NCBI RefSeq assembly: GCF_008831285.2
Contig: NC_045138.2
Span: 12,028,001-12,092,000 of the forward strand
Source of the DNA: Nymphaea colorata
Lineage: Eukaryota
Direction: 5' to 3'
Length of the DNA stretch: 64,000 bases
The translations under genes and the position numbers were made by a program. Under the pieces are notes generated by a model. It saw only the letters and a list, made by a program, of their open reading frames with translations, did not search any database and was not told the DNA's origin. Of this stretch, positions 10,524 to 24,202 are shown piece after piece (the stretch's first letter is position 1; each line of letters begins with the position of its first letter).

Positions 10524-12467
10524 AAATAAATATTAAACATGATGAATATAGAATGTAATCCAGAACTCCTTGAACCATACTTTCCAAAGCACACTCACCC
10601 AATAATCAAGAGTGTTAATTGCATGCCAAGTAACAGTAGTGGTGATCAACATAATCAAGTGATAGATGTGTTCTACTATGAAAACTTCTCTCAACAACCT
10701 CTTGGAAAGCAGATAGAACAGCAGTAAGAGATAATTCAAAGAGATTAAAACTGATAAGCAACAGCTTGATAATTGCATTATACAACTACCGCCTACTCAA
10801 GATGAATTAATCCAAACAACTCCAAAGCAATTACTGAGGATTACAAGAGATCGATCAATTTTAGAAGTCAATATAATGTCATTGGCTGCCTATCCTTATG
10901 CAAAACTTAATTTAGACGTATGATTCTTTAAATAGTAGGATCAAAATGGTTAAACGATACTTCTATTTTGGATCTAAATCTGAGTTCAAAGAACAATTCT
11001 ATGATCCACGATCCTGTGTCACTTTCTAGATATGGTTCCATTTGAAATCTATACCAATTCTTATTTGGTCTATGATAAACCTTCTATTTTGAACTCACAT
11101 TTCTAAGCGCAGCTATTAGATCCATGATCCAGTATGGCTTTCTAGATCTGGAGGTCTTCAAAGTCTGAATTCATTTCTATCTAATCCATGACCCATCCTC
11201 TACCTCAGATCAAGATCTCGGTTTCAAATTGAACTATACAATCAAACAAGGATCCATGTCTATTTTGGTACTTAAGATCTAGTTCTCATTTTTTAGACCC
11301 TAAACTTTCGTGTTTGATCAGGATTGAATCCAAAGTCCATAAGTCAACTCCTACACTGGACTCGGATAGTCATTTCAAGTACAATTCCTTCATTTATTTG
11401 TTATTCAGGATCCATATCTTCCTTGATGAATCTGGACCTCTCTATTCTAGGAAGAGCTAGGGAAGGAGGCACCACCTTTCCTTTTCTTCTTCTTCTTTCT
11501 GTTTCCTTTTTTTCTTTTTCACACTCTCTTTCCTTCTCCCTTGTCTTCATCTCCGCCACAGCCTCTCTATAAAAACCTATAGAGAGGATGTTCCCTCCCA
11601 TGCGGTCCCTTTGTTATAAGAAGTTGTTCTCTCCCTTTCTCAGGTTCTTTCATCTCTTTCTACCAGGGTTTTCTTTCTTCTCTTGCTCTATATGCTTCCT
11701 CTTCCTTCCATGACATCCTCTGCAGATCGACTTCTTCTCTAGCCATTTCCCTAGAAGCATCTTTCCCTCTCTTCTTCTTTCTCTCCAGCAGTCCCTCTGG
11801 TGAATCCTTCTTGGAGTTGTTCCAACCAATTTCACGGTGCACGAGGATTCTTCGGTCCCATTTCTTGAACTAACTGCAACACTTCAGCCAGCCCATGCAG
11901 CACATCGACAGCAGTTTGCGGGTGAATCCCTTCCACTTTGCTCTTTTCTTTTCTGTTTGAAATCTGCATTAGAGCAAGTTTTAATTTAGCTCTCGCAAAA
12001 GTTGAAACTGCTGATTTTTTAGTTACATCTTTCTTTGTTTTACATGTTTTGGGCTTGGGGATTCGGTAAAAAAAGGACTTTTTAGTATAAATTTAAAAAT
12101 TAAGGTCTTTATGCCTTACTCAAGTGGCCTGGAATATATATATATAAGTTATCCCATTCTCTCAACTATATGGCATGATGAACTAGAATCGTCTGATATG
12201 CTTAATGGCTATTTGTTTGATGAATTGTAAAAAAATGAAAAAATGGGCACAAAATCACCCTTTGTTTCCTTCCCTTGCATAGAGAGAACTTCCTCTCTCC
12301 CCATGTTTCCATGTCCCCTCTCTCTCCCCTCCAACATGGAGCTTACCTGTTGCTTGCTTGTAATCCGTAAGTGTGACTTTTCTCTCCCTCTAGAAACCCG
12401 TTTTATTTTGATAGCGGCTTGGATTTAATTTCGGACCCTGAGCCCAAGCTCACTCCAAAATAAACTT

Positions 12468-12720
12468 TTAGATCCATATCTAAATCCAAATCTTGACCCT
12501 AAATCTAAAACAGATCTTCAGATCCATGTCCACATTCAAATCTCGACTCTAGACCCAAAACATACTTCTAGATCCATTTCCAAATCTTGACCCTAGATCC
12601 AAAACTGACCTTTAGATTTGTGTCTAAATTCAAATCTCGACCCTAGATCCAAAACAGAAATCTAGATACATATCCAAATCCAAATTCAAGGTTTAGATCC
12701 AAAATTTACACCTCAATCCA
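12468..12720 (+). repeat. ~50-bp degenerate subrepeats within the LTR
   Basis: TAGATCCATATCCAAATCCAAATCTTGACCCTAGATCCAAAACAGA-like unit, ~5 copies; also in every unit and at 42690-42900. Confidence 0.75.
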
Positions 12721-13405
12721 AAATACAAAGCCAAATGTTATAATAAAATCAAGTCCAAATTATGAAAGTGGATCCAGAAAGCTGCTCTTTAGTTTCAAAA
12801 CCAAAGTTTAGATCCAAATCAAAAATTGTAACTCAAAATCCAAAGTAGAGTTAAAAATAACCATTTCCAACCTTATTTAGCGCCATGTGCGTGCAAACCT
12901 TCACTTTGTTTTTCATCTCAATCTTCCACCGATTTTTTTTTTTTAGAAATATGTTTTAAGCAGAAAACACTTGTCCAGCCCTTGTTTCGCGTCAATTAGA
13001 ACGGTTTTGCGACGTAGCGAACCTAATTTGGACCTAAAATGAGTCCGAAACCATCCAAAATGAAGCTGGTTCTGCTTTTAACAAAATATCAGTTTACCCT
13101 TTAAAATTTTACTATTAGAAAAATAAATTTTTTTAGTGGACCCCACCTGCCTTGCCGCACGTCTAGCCAAATCTGGCTAGGACGCATGGCTAGGGTGTTC
13201 TAGCCCTAGGTGCAGTGAGCTGCCGTGACAGCTCCCTGGTGCAGGTGCGCTAGCCCTGAGCATAGGGTGTTAGCATGGCTTACAGCCAATCGCTTTTAGT
13301 CAAAGCTAAATTAAAAAAAAAAAACTTGAAATTTGCATGAAAACTTTGTCGAATTAAAAATAATAAAAAAAAAAACAAATTTTGATTTTTTACTTCAAAA
13401 CTCTT

Positions 13406-13413
13406 TATAAATA
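13406..13413 (+). promoter_or_regulatory. Putative LTR TATA box (present in each unit)
   Basis: CTTTATAAATACC followed by a pyrimidine-rich tract, typical of a plant LTR U3/R boundary. Confidence 0.45.
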
Positions 13414-14914
13414 CCTTTCAAATCTTCTCTTTTAAGTATGGGCTAATATCCTTGGAGAACTTCTAAAGCTTTTTCATTTAAGATTTTGGAAGTTCTTCAT
13501 TTAGCTCTCTTTCCAATTTTTTTTCTTTTTATTTTCTTCTTCTTCTTCTTCTTCTTCTTTTCCAATCTTGATAGCATGAAGAGACATCATCAACACTTTG
13601 GAGGTTCACTTGGAGAGGCTTCAGAATCATGTGGAGAAAAAATTTTGTTTACCTCCAACCGGTCCACTTAGAGATATGTATTCAATATCCCACTTGTTTT
13701 TCCCTTGTCCATACCCCCATGGTCATATAAGATAGTTTTAAAATTTTCTTTTCAGAGTCAAGAGCTACTCTTGAATGCACTGCGAGTATGAGAAATGTGA
13801 AATAAAATTTTATTTTTCTTTGTAATCTCGAAATATGTTTTATTCTTTTTTCTCATTAAATGTGTGCATTGTTTATGTGTAAAATGATGTTCACACATAG
13901 TTGATCAATTTTCCAATTAATATGTGAATGAACGGTAAAAACAAATGTTTGGGTTGATGTTTGTTTGTTATTATGTTAATTTTTGAGGTTGAAATTTGTT
14001 CAACCCGAGAAGCACTTATAAATATATACATGCGAAAATGTATCTTTATGACATTCTTATGTTTGGTATTAATTATTTCTCTTAATTACCCAATTAAGGA
14101 TCCTAAATAGAGCTTTCTTATATTACTAACTTTTCATTCAATGTCTATTTTATTTTCTCTCATTCTAACGGTCGGAGAAATAAGTCTCCTTGTAATAGAT
14201 GAAATAACTATTTGCTTTTTGCATGCTTATAAAAAATTATTTGAATTGTATTTTCAAAAGAATTTCAAAAATAATTCTTCAATGAGGCATTGGAGAGTTA
14301 TCCTAAACTCTTGCATAAGTCCAAATTCTTTTATGGCATACATAGAAAAATCGAAGTCGAAAATACTCCAAGTTATCTTTTGATTTTCATTTTTTTTATA
14401 CAATATATACCTATATTCTTCTCTTTCTAAAATATTCTTCTCTTTCTCTCTCTCTTTTTGATTTAAAATCTTCTTATATATATATCATTCTAAAATCTTT
14501 CTCTTTGTTTCTCTCTCTTCGATTTAAACTTTTCTTTTATAAAATTTTACATACATATATAGACACATACTCACACATATATATATCTTTTTAAACCTTT
14601 CTCTATCTCCCTCTTTCTCTTTCTAAAATCTCTTTCCCTTTTCTTTTTTATTTATTTTGGCTTAAAATAATCTTTTCTCAATGAAAATATTGAACTAACC
14701 ATTCATAGCAACATAAGAAAATATTAATAACATAGGGAGAAGATATCAAGAATGACATGGATGTACATTTCCTAGTGCAAGATATCTATGCAACACAAAA
14801 CCAAGTAACCTTGGGAGACATTCTTGCAAAAATAGTTGCCTTAAAATTTCCTTTGAAGTTTCAAAAGTAAATAAATATTAATGTTTAATATTTATTTACT
14901 TTTTAAAACTTCAA

Positions 14915-15146
14915 GAGGCATATAAACGTAGCTGGTCGAGCTAAAGGCCTGTATAAAGGCAGATCTCTAGTTCGATTCCTGTGGGCGTTATGTTCATGTA
15001 TCTTAAGGTGGTAGGATGCAACATCCAAGTTGAAGGGTGTATCATTGCTATCGCTGACATCAACATAGCTCAGGAACCCAGAGACAGAGAATGGGGGAAC
15101 CTTCGGGCTTCGTTTCGGGCGGTGGGATGAACCCATCGCTCACCCG
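14915..15146 (+). mobile_element. tRNA-derived SINE-like element, copy 2
   Basis: Near-identical to 10291-10523. Confidence 0.55.
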
Positions 15147-18100
15147 AAATAAATATTAAACATGATGAATATAGAATGTAATCCAGAACTCCTTGAACCA
15201 TACTTTCCAAAGCACACTCACCCAATAATCAAGAGTGTTAATTGCATGCCAAGTAACAGTAGTGGTGATCAACATAATCAAGTGATAGATGTGTTCTACT
15301 ATGAAAACTTCTCTCAACAACCTCTTGGAAAGCAGATAGAACAGCAGTAAGAGATAATTCAAAGAGATTAAAACTGATAAGCAACAGCTTGATAATTGCA
15401 TTATACAACTACCGCCTACTCAAGATGAATTAATCCAAACAACTCCAAAGCAATTACTGAGGATTACAAGAGATCGATCAATTTTAGAAGTCAATATAAT
15501 GTCATTGGCTGCCTATCCTTATGCAAAACTTAATTTAGACGTATGATTCTTTAAATAGTAGGATCAAAATGGTTAAACGATACTTCTATTTTGGATCTAA
15601 ATCTGAGTTCAAAGAACAATTCTATGATCCACGATCCTGTGTCACTTTCTAGATATGGTTCCATTTGAAATCTATACCAATTCTTATTTGGTCTATGATA
15701 AACCTTCTATTTTGAACTCACATTTCTAAGCGCAGCTATTAGATCCATGATCCAGTACGGCTTTCTAGATCTGGAGGTCTTCAAAGTCTGAATTCATTTC
15801 TATCTAATCCATGACCCATCCTCTACCTCAGATCAAGATCTCGGTTTCAAATTGAACTATACAATCAAACAAGGATCCATGTCTATTTTGGTACTTAAGA
15901 TCTAGTTCTCATTTTTTAGACCCTAAACTTTCGTGTTTGATCAGGATTGAATCCAAAGTCCATAAGTCAACTCCTACACTGGACTCGGATAGTCATTTCA
16001 AGTACAATTCCTTCATTTATTTGTTATTCAGGATCCATATCTTCCTTGATGAATCTGGACCTCTCTATTCTAGGAAGAGCTAGGGAAGGAGGCACCACCT
16101 TTCCTTTTCTTCTTCTTCTTTCTGTTTCCTTTTTTTCTTTTTCACACTCTCTTTCCTTCTCCCTTGTCTTCATCTCCGCCACAGCCTCTCTATAAAAACC
16201 TATAGAGAGGATGTTCCCTCCCATGCGGTCCCTTTGTTATAAGAAGTTGTTCTCTCCCTTTCTCAGGTTCTTTCATCTCTTTCTACCAGGGTTTTCTTTC
16301 TTCTCTTGCTCTATATGCTTCCTCTTCCTTCCATGACATCCTCTGCAGATCGACTTCTTCTCTAGCCATTTCCCTAGAAGCATCTTTCCCTCTCTTCTTC
16401 TTTCTCTCCAGCAGTCCCTCTGGTGAATCCTTCTTGGAGTTGTTCCAACCAATTTCACGGTGCACGAGGATTCTTCGGTCCCATTTCTTGAACTAACTGC
16501 AACACTTCAGCCAGCCCATGCAGCACATCGACAGCAGTTTGCGGGTGAATCCCTTCCACTTTGCTCTTTTCTTTTCTGTTTGAAATCTGCATTAGAGCAA
16601 GTTTTAATTTAGCTCTCGCAGAAGTTGAAACTGCTGATTTTTTAGTTACATCTTTCTTTGTTTTACATGTTTTGGGCTTGGGGATTCGGTAAAAAAAGGA
16701 CTTTTTAGTATAAATTTAAAAATTAAGGTCTTTATGCCTTACTCAAGTGGCCTGGAATATATATATATAAGTTATCCCATTCTCTCAACTATATGGCATG
16801 ATGAACTAGAATCGTCTGATATGCTTAATGGCTATTTGTTTGATGAATTGTAAAAAAATGAAAAAATGGGCACAAAATCACCCTTTGTTTCCTTCCCTTG
16901 CATAGAGAGAACTTCCTCTCTCCCCATGTTTCCATGTCCCCTCTCTCTCCCCTCCAACATGGAGCTTACCTGTTGCTTGCTTGTAATCCGCCAGTCGCTA
17001 GCCGCTCGCAGCCGTAAAGTGTGACTTTTCTCTCCCTCTAGAAACCCGTTTTATTTTGATAGCGGCTTGGATTTAATTTCGGACCCTGAGCCCAAGCTCA
17101 CTCCAAAATAAACTTTTAGATCCATATCTAAATCCAAATCTTGACCCTAAATCTAAAACAGATCTTCAGATCCATGTCCACATTCAAATCTCGACTCTAG
17201 ACCCAAAACATACTTCTAGATCCATTTCCAAATCTTGACCCTAGATCCAAAACTGACCTTTAGATTTGTGTCTAAATTCAAATCTCGACCCTAGATCCAA
17301 AACAGAAATCTAGATACATATCCAAATCCAAATTCAAGGTTTAGATCCAAAATTTACACCTCAATCCAAAATACAAAGCCAAATGTTATAATAAAATCAA
17401 GTCCAAATTATGAAAGTGGATCCAGAAAGCTGCTCTTTAGTTTCAAAACCAAAGTTTAGATCCAAATCAAAAATTGTAACTCAAAATCCAAAGTAGAGTT
17501 AAAAATAACCATTTCCAACCTTATTTAGCGCCATGTGCGTGCAAACCTTCACTTTGTTTTTCATCTCAATCTTCCACCGATTTTTTTTTTTTAGAAATAT
17601 GTTTTAAGCAGAAAACACTTGTCCAGCCCTTGTTTCGCGTCAATTAGAACGGTTTTGCGACGTAGCGAACCTAATTTGGACCTAAAATGAGTCCGAAACC
17701 ATCCAAAATGAAGCTGGTTCTGCTTTTAACAAAATATCAGTTTACCCTTTAAAATTTTACTATTAGAAAAATAAATTTTTTTAGTGGACCCCACCTGCCT
17801 TGCCGCACGTCTAGCCAAATCTGGCTAGGACGCATGGCTAGGGTGTTCTAGCCCTAGGTGCAGTGAGCTGCCGTGACAGCTCCCTGGTGCAGGTGCGCTA
17901 GCCCTGAGCATAGGGTGTTAGCATGGCTTACAGCCAATCGCTTTTAGTCAAAGCTAAATTAAAAAAAAAAACTTGAAATTTGCATGAAAACTTTGTCGAA
18001 TTAAAAATAATAAAAAAAAAACAAATTTTGATTTTTTACTTCAAAACTCTTTATAAATACCTTTCAAATCTTCTCTTTTAAGTATGGGCTAATATCCTTG

Positions 18101-19560
18101 GAGAACTTCTAAAGCTTTTTCATTTAAGATTTTGGAAGTTCTTCATTTAGCTCTCTTTCCAATTTTTTTTCTTTTTATTTTCTTCTTCTTCTTCTTCTTC
18201 TTCTTTTCCAATCTTGATAGCATGAAGAGACATCATCAACACTTTGGAGGTTCACTTGGAGAGGCTTCAGAATCATGTGGAGAAAAAATTTTGTTTACCT
18301 CCAACCGGTCCACTTAGAGATATGTATTCAATATCCCACTTGTTTTTCCCTTGTCCATACCCCCATGGTCATATAAGATAGTTTTAAAATTTTCTTTTCA
18401 GAGTCAAGAGCTACTCTTGAATGCACTGCGAGTATGAGAAATGTGAAATAAAATTTTATTTTTCTTTGTAATCTCGAAATATGTTTTATTCTTTTTTCTC
18501 ATTAAATGTGTGCATTGTTTATGTGTAAAATGATGTTCACACATAGTTGATCAATTTTCCAATTAATATGTGAATGAACGGTAAAAACAAATGTTTGGGT
18601 TGATGTTTGTTTGTTATTATGTTAATTTTTGAGGTTGAAATTTGTTCAACCCGAGAAGCACTTATAAATATATACATGCGAAAATGTATCTTTATGACAT
18701 TCTTATGTTTGGTATTAATTATTTCTCTTAATTACCCAATTAAGGATCCTAAATAGAGCTTTCTTATATTACTAACTTTTCATTCAATGTCTATTTTATT
18801 TTCTCTCATTCTAACGGTCGGAGAAATAAGTCTCCTTGTAATAGATGAAATAACTATTTGCTTTTTGCATGCTTATAAAAAATTATTTGAATTGTATTTT
18901 CAAAAGAATTTCAAAAATAATTCTTCAATGAGGCATTGGAGAGTTATCCTAAACTCTTGCATAAGTCCAAATTCTTTTATGGCATACATAGAAAAATCGA
19001 AGTCGAAAATACTCCAAGTTATCTTTTGATTTTCATTTTTTTTATACAATATATACCTATATTCTTCTCTTTCTAAAATATTCTTCTCTTTCTCTCTCTC
19101 TTTTTGATTTAAAATCTTCTTATATATATATCATTCTAAAATCTTTCTCTTTGTTTCTCTCTCTTCGATTTAAACTTTTCTTTTATAAAATTTTACATAC
19201 ATATATAGACACATACTCACACATATATATATCTTTTTAAACCTTTCTCTATCTCCCTCTTTCTCTTTCTAAAATCTCTTTCCCTTTTCTTTTTTATTTA
19301 TTTTGGCTTAAAATAATCTTTTCTCAATGAAAATATTGAACTAACCATTCATAGCAACATAAGAAAATATTAATAACATAGGGAGAAGATATCAAGAATG
19401 ACATGGATGTACATTTCCTAGTGCAAGATATCTATGCAACACAAAACCAAGTAACCTTGGGAGACATTCTTGCAAAAATAGTTGCCTTAAAATTTCCTTT
19501 GAAGTTTCAAAAGTAAATAAATATTAATGTTTAATATTTATTTACTTTTTAAAACTTCAA

Positions 19561-19791
19561 GAGGCATATAAACGTAGCTGGTCGAGCTAAAGGCCTGTAT
19601 AAAGGCAGATCTCTAGTTCGATTCCTGTGGGCGTTATGTTCATGTATCTTAAGTGGTAGGATGCAACATCCAAGTTGAAGGGTGTATCATTGCTATCGCT
19701 GACATCAACATAGCTCAGGAACCCAGAGACAGAGAATGGGGGAACCTTCGGGCTTCGTTTCGGGCGGTGGGATGAACCCATCGCTCACCCG
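19561..19791 (+). mobile_element. tRNA-derived SINE-like element, copy 3
   Basis: Near-identical to 10291-10523. Confidence 0.55.
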
Positions 19792-22700
19792 AAATAAATA
19801 TTAAACATGATGAATATAGAATGTAATCCAGAACTCCTTGAACCATACTTTCCAAAGCACACTCACCCAATAATCAAGAGTGTTAATTGCATGCCAAGTA
19901 ACAGTAGTGGTGATCAACATAATCAAGTGATAGATGTGTTCTACTATGAAAACTTCTCTCAACAACCTCTTGGAAAGCAGATAGAACAGCAGTAAGAGAT
20001 AATTCAAAGAGATTAAACTGATAAGCAACAGCTTGATAATTGCATTATACAACTACCCTACTCAAGATGAATTAATCCAAACAACTCCAAAGCAATTACT
20101 GAGGATTACAAGAGATCGATCAATTTTAGAAGTCAATATAATGTCATTGGCTGCCTATCCTTATGCAAAACTTAATTTAGACGTATGATTCTTTAAATAG
20201 TAGGATCAAAATGGTTAAACGATACTTCTATTTTGGATCTAAATCTGAGTTCAAAGAACAATTCTATGATCCACGATCCTGTGTCACTTTCTAGATATGG
20301 TTCCATTTGAAATCTATACCAATTCTTATTTGGTCTATGATAAACCTTCTATTTTGAACTCACATTTCTAACCGCAGCTATTAGATCCATGATCCAGTAC
20401 GGCTTTCTAGATCTGGAGGTCTTCAAAGTCTGAATTCATTTCTATCTAATCCATGACCCATCCTCTACCTCAGATCAAGATCTCGGTTTCAAATTGAACT
20501 ATACAATCAAACAAGGATCCATGTCTATTTTGGTACTTAAGATCTAGTTCTCATTTTTTAGACCCTAAACTTTCGTGTTTGATCAGGATTGAATCCAAAG
20601 TCCATAAGTCAACTCCTACACTGGACTCGGATAGTCATTTCAAGTACAATTCCTTCATTTATTTGTTATTCAGGATCCATATCTTCCTTGATGAATCTGG
20701 ACCTCTCTATTCTAGGAAGAGCTAGGGAAGGAGGCACCACCTTTCCTTTTCTTCTTCTTCTTTCTGTTTCCTTTTTTCTTTTTCACACTCTCTTTCCTTC
20801 TCCCTTGTCTTCATCTCCGCCACAGCCTCTCTATAAAAACCTATAGAGAGGATGTTCCCTCCCATGCGGTCCCTTTGTTATAAGAAGTTGTTCTCTCCCT
20901 TTCTCAGGTTCTTTCATCTCTTTCTACCAGGGTTTTCTTTCTTCTCTTGCTCTATATGCTTCCTCTTCCTTCCATGACATCCTCTGCAGATCGACTTCTT
21001 CTCTAGCCATTTCCCTAGAAGCATCTTTCCCTCTCTTCTTCTTTCTCTCCAGCAGTCCCTCTGGTGAATCCTTCTTGGAGTTGTTCCAACCAATTTCACG
21101 GTGCACGAGGATTCTTCGGTCCCATTTCTTGAACTAACTGCAACACTTCAGCCAGCCCATGCAGCACATCGACAGCAGTTTGCGGGTGAATCCCTTCCAC
21201 TTTGCTCTTTTCTTTTCTGTTTGAAATCTGCATTAGAGCAAGTTTTAATTTAGCTCTCGCAGAAGTTGAAACTGCTGATTTTTTAGTTACATCTTTCTTT
21301 GTTTTACATGTTTTGGGCTTGGGGATTCGGTAAAAAAAGGACTTTTTAGTATAAATTTAAAAATTAAGGTCTTTATGCCTTACTCAAGTGGCCTGGAATA
21401 TATATATATAAGTTATCCCATTCTCTCAACTATATGGCATGATGAACTAGAATCGTCTGATATGCTTAATGGCTATTTGTTTGATGAATTGTAAAAAAAT
21501 GAAAAAATGGGCACAAAATCACCCTTTGTTTCCTTCCCTTGCATAGAGAGAACTTCCTCTCTCCCCATGTTTCCATGTCCCCTCTCTCTCCCCTCCAACA
21601 TGGAGCTTACCTGTTGCTTGCTTGTAATCCGCCAGTCGCTAGCCGCTCGCAGCCGTAAAGTGTGACTTTTCTCTCCCTCTAGAAACCCGTTTTATTTTGA
21701 TAGCGGCTTGGATTTAATTTCGGACCCTGAGCCCAAGCTCACTCCAAAATAAACTTTTAGATCCATATCTAAATCCAAATCTTGACCCTAAATCTAAAAC
21801 AGATCTTCAGATCCATGTCCACATTCAAATCTCGACTCTAGACCCAAAACATACTTCTAGATCCATTTCCAAATCTTGACCCTAGATCCAAAACTGACCT
21901 TTAGATTTGTGTCTAAATTCAAATCTCGACCCTAGATCCAAAACAGAAATCTAGATACATATCCAAATCCAAATTCAAGGTTTAGATCCAAAATTTACAC
22001 CTCAATCCAAAATACAAAGCCAAATGTTATAATAAAATCAAGTCCAAATTATGAAAGTGGATCCAGAAAGCTGCTCTTTAGTTTCAAAACCAAAGTTTAG
22101 ATCCAAATCAAAAATTGTAACTCAAAATCCAAAGTAGAGTTAAAAATAACCATTTCCAACCTTATTTAGCGCCATGTGCGTGCAAACCTTCACTTTGTTT
22201 TTCATCTCAATCTTCCACCGATTTTTTTTTTTTAGAAATATGTTTTAAGCAGAAAACACTTGTCCAGCCCTTGTTTCGCGTCAATTAGAACGGTTTTGCG
22301 ACGTAGCGAACCTAATTTGGACCTAAAATGAGTCCGAAACCATCCAAAATGAAGCTGGTTCTGCTTTTAACAAAATATCAGTTTACCCTTTAAAATTTTA
22401 CTATTAGAAAAATAAATTTTTTTAGTGGACCCCACCTGCCTTGCCGCACGTCTAGCCAAATCTGGCTAGGGCGCATGGCTAGGGTGTTCTAGCCCTAGGT
22501 GCAGTGAGCTGCCGTGACAGCTCCCTGGTGCAGGTGCGCTAGCCCTGAGCATAGGGTGTTAGCATGGCTTACAGCCAATCGCTTTTAGTCAAAGCTAAAT
22601 TAAAAAAAAAAAACTTGAAATTTGCATGAAAACTTTGTCGAATTAAAAATAATAAAAAAAAAACAAATTTTGATTTTTTACTTCAAAACTCTTTATAAAT

Positions 22701-24202
22701 ACCTTTCAAATCTTCTCTTTTAAGTATGGGCTAATATCCTTGGAGAACTTCTAAAGCTTTTTCATTTAAGATTTTGGAAGTTCTTCATTTAGCTCTCTTT
22801 CCAATTTTTTTTCTTTTTATTTTCTTCTTCTTCTTCTTCTTCTTCTTTTCCAATCTTGATAGCATGAAGAGACATCATCAACACTTTGGAGGTTCACTTG
22901 GAGAGGCTTCAGAATCATGTGGAGAAAAAATTTTGTTTACCTCCAACCGGTCCACTTAGAGATATGTATTCAATATCCCACTTGTTTTTCCCTTGTCCAT
23001 ACCCCCATGGTCATATAAGATAGTTTTAAAATTTTCTTTTCAGAGTCAAGAGATACTCTTGAATGCACTGCGAGTATGAGAAATGTGAAATAAAATTTTA
23101 TTTTTCTTTGTAATCTCGAAATATGTTTTATTCTTTTTTCTCATTAAATGTGTGCATTGTTTATGTGTAAAATGATGTTCACACATAGTTGATCAATTTT
23201 CCAATTAATATGTGAATGAACGGTAAAAACAAATGTTTGGGTTGATGTTTGTTTGTTATTATGTTAATTTTTGAGGTTGAAATTTGTTCAACCCGAGAAG
23301 CACTTATAAATATATACATGCGAAAATGTATCTTTATGACATTCTTATGTTTGGTATTAATTATTTCTCTTAATTACCCAATTAAGGATCCTAAATAGAG
23401 CTTTCTTATATTACTAACTTTTCATTCAATGTCTATTTTATTTTCTCTCATTCTAACGGTCGGAGAAATAAGTCTCCTTGTAATAGATGAAATAACTATT
23501 TGCTTTTTGCATGCTTATAAAAAATTATTTGAATTGTATTTTCAAAAGAATTTCAAAAATAATTCTTCAATGAGGCATTGGAGAGTTATCCTAAACTCTT
23601 GCATAAGTCCAAATTCTTTTATGGCATACATAGAAAAATCGAAGTCGAAAATACTCCAAGTTATCTTTTGATTTTCATTTTTTTTATACAATATATACCT
23701 ATATTCTTCTCTTTCTAAAATATTCTTCTCTTTCTCTCTCTCTTTTTGATTTAAAATCTTCTTATATATATATCATTCTAAAATCTTTCTCTTTGTTTCT
23801 CTCTCTTCGATTTAAACTTTTCTTTTATAAAATTTTACATACATATATAGACACATACTCACACATATATATATCTTTTTAAACCTTTCTCTATCTCCCT
23901 CTTTCTCTTTCTAAAATCTCTTTCCCTTTTCTTTTTTATTTATTTTGGCTTAAAATAATCTTTTCTCAATGAAAATATTGAACTAACCATTCATAGCAAC
24001 ATAAGAAAATATTAATAACATAGGGAGAAGATATCAAGAATGACATGGATGTACATTTCCTAGTGCAAGATATCTATGCAACACAAAACCAAGTAACCTT
24101 GGGAGACATTCTTGCAAAAATAGTTGCCTTAAAATTTCCTTTGAAGTTTCAAAAGTAAATAAATATTAATGTTTAATATTTATTTACTTTTTAAAACTTC
24201 AA

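Larger units (their letters stand above)
12405..14684 (+). mobile_element. Partial Ogre/Tat LTR carried in each array unit (copy 1 shown)
   Basis: Colinear with the 3' LTR from ~42628 to ~44400 (ATTTTGATAG..., ~50-bp TAGATCC subrepeats, GAGTCAAGAGCTACTCTTGA, AATATGTGAATGAACGGTAAAAACAA). Confidence 0.75.

Noticed and set aside
10930..12400. Possible second LTR fragment (GATC-rich repeats, CTATAAAA at ~11567, CT-rich tract)
   Set aside because: Plausible TE debris, but no termini, partner copy outside the array, or coding remnant to support a call.
10533..14383. Short 60-82 aa ORFs repeated in every unit as a tandem gene family
   Set aside because: Low-complexity translations of CT/GA-rich or LTR DNA, often non-ATG starts, no domains, and frameshifted in some units.
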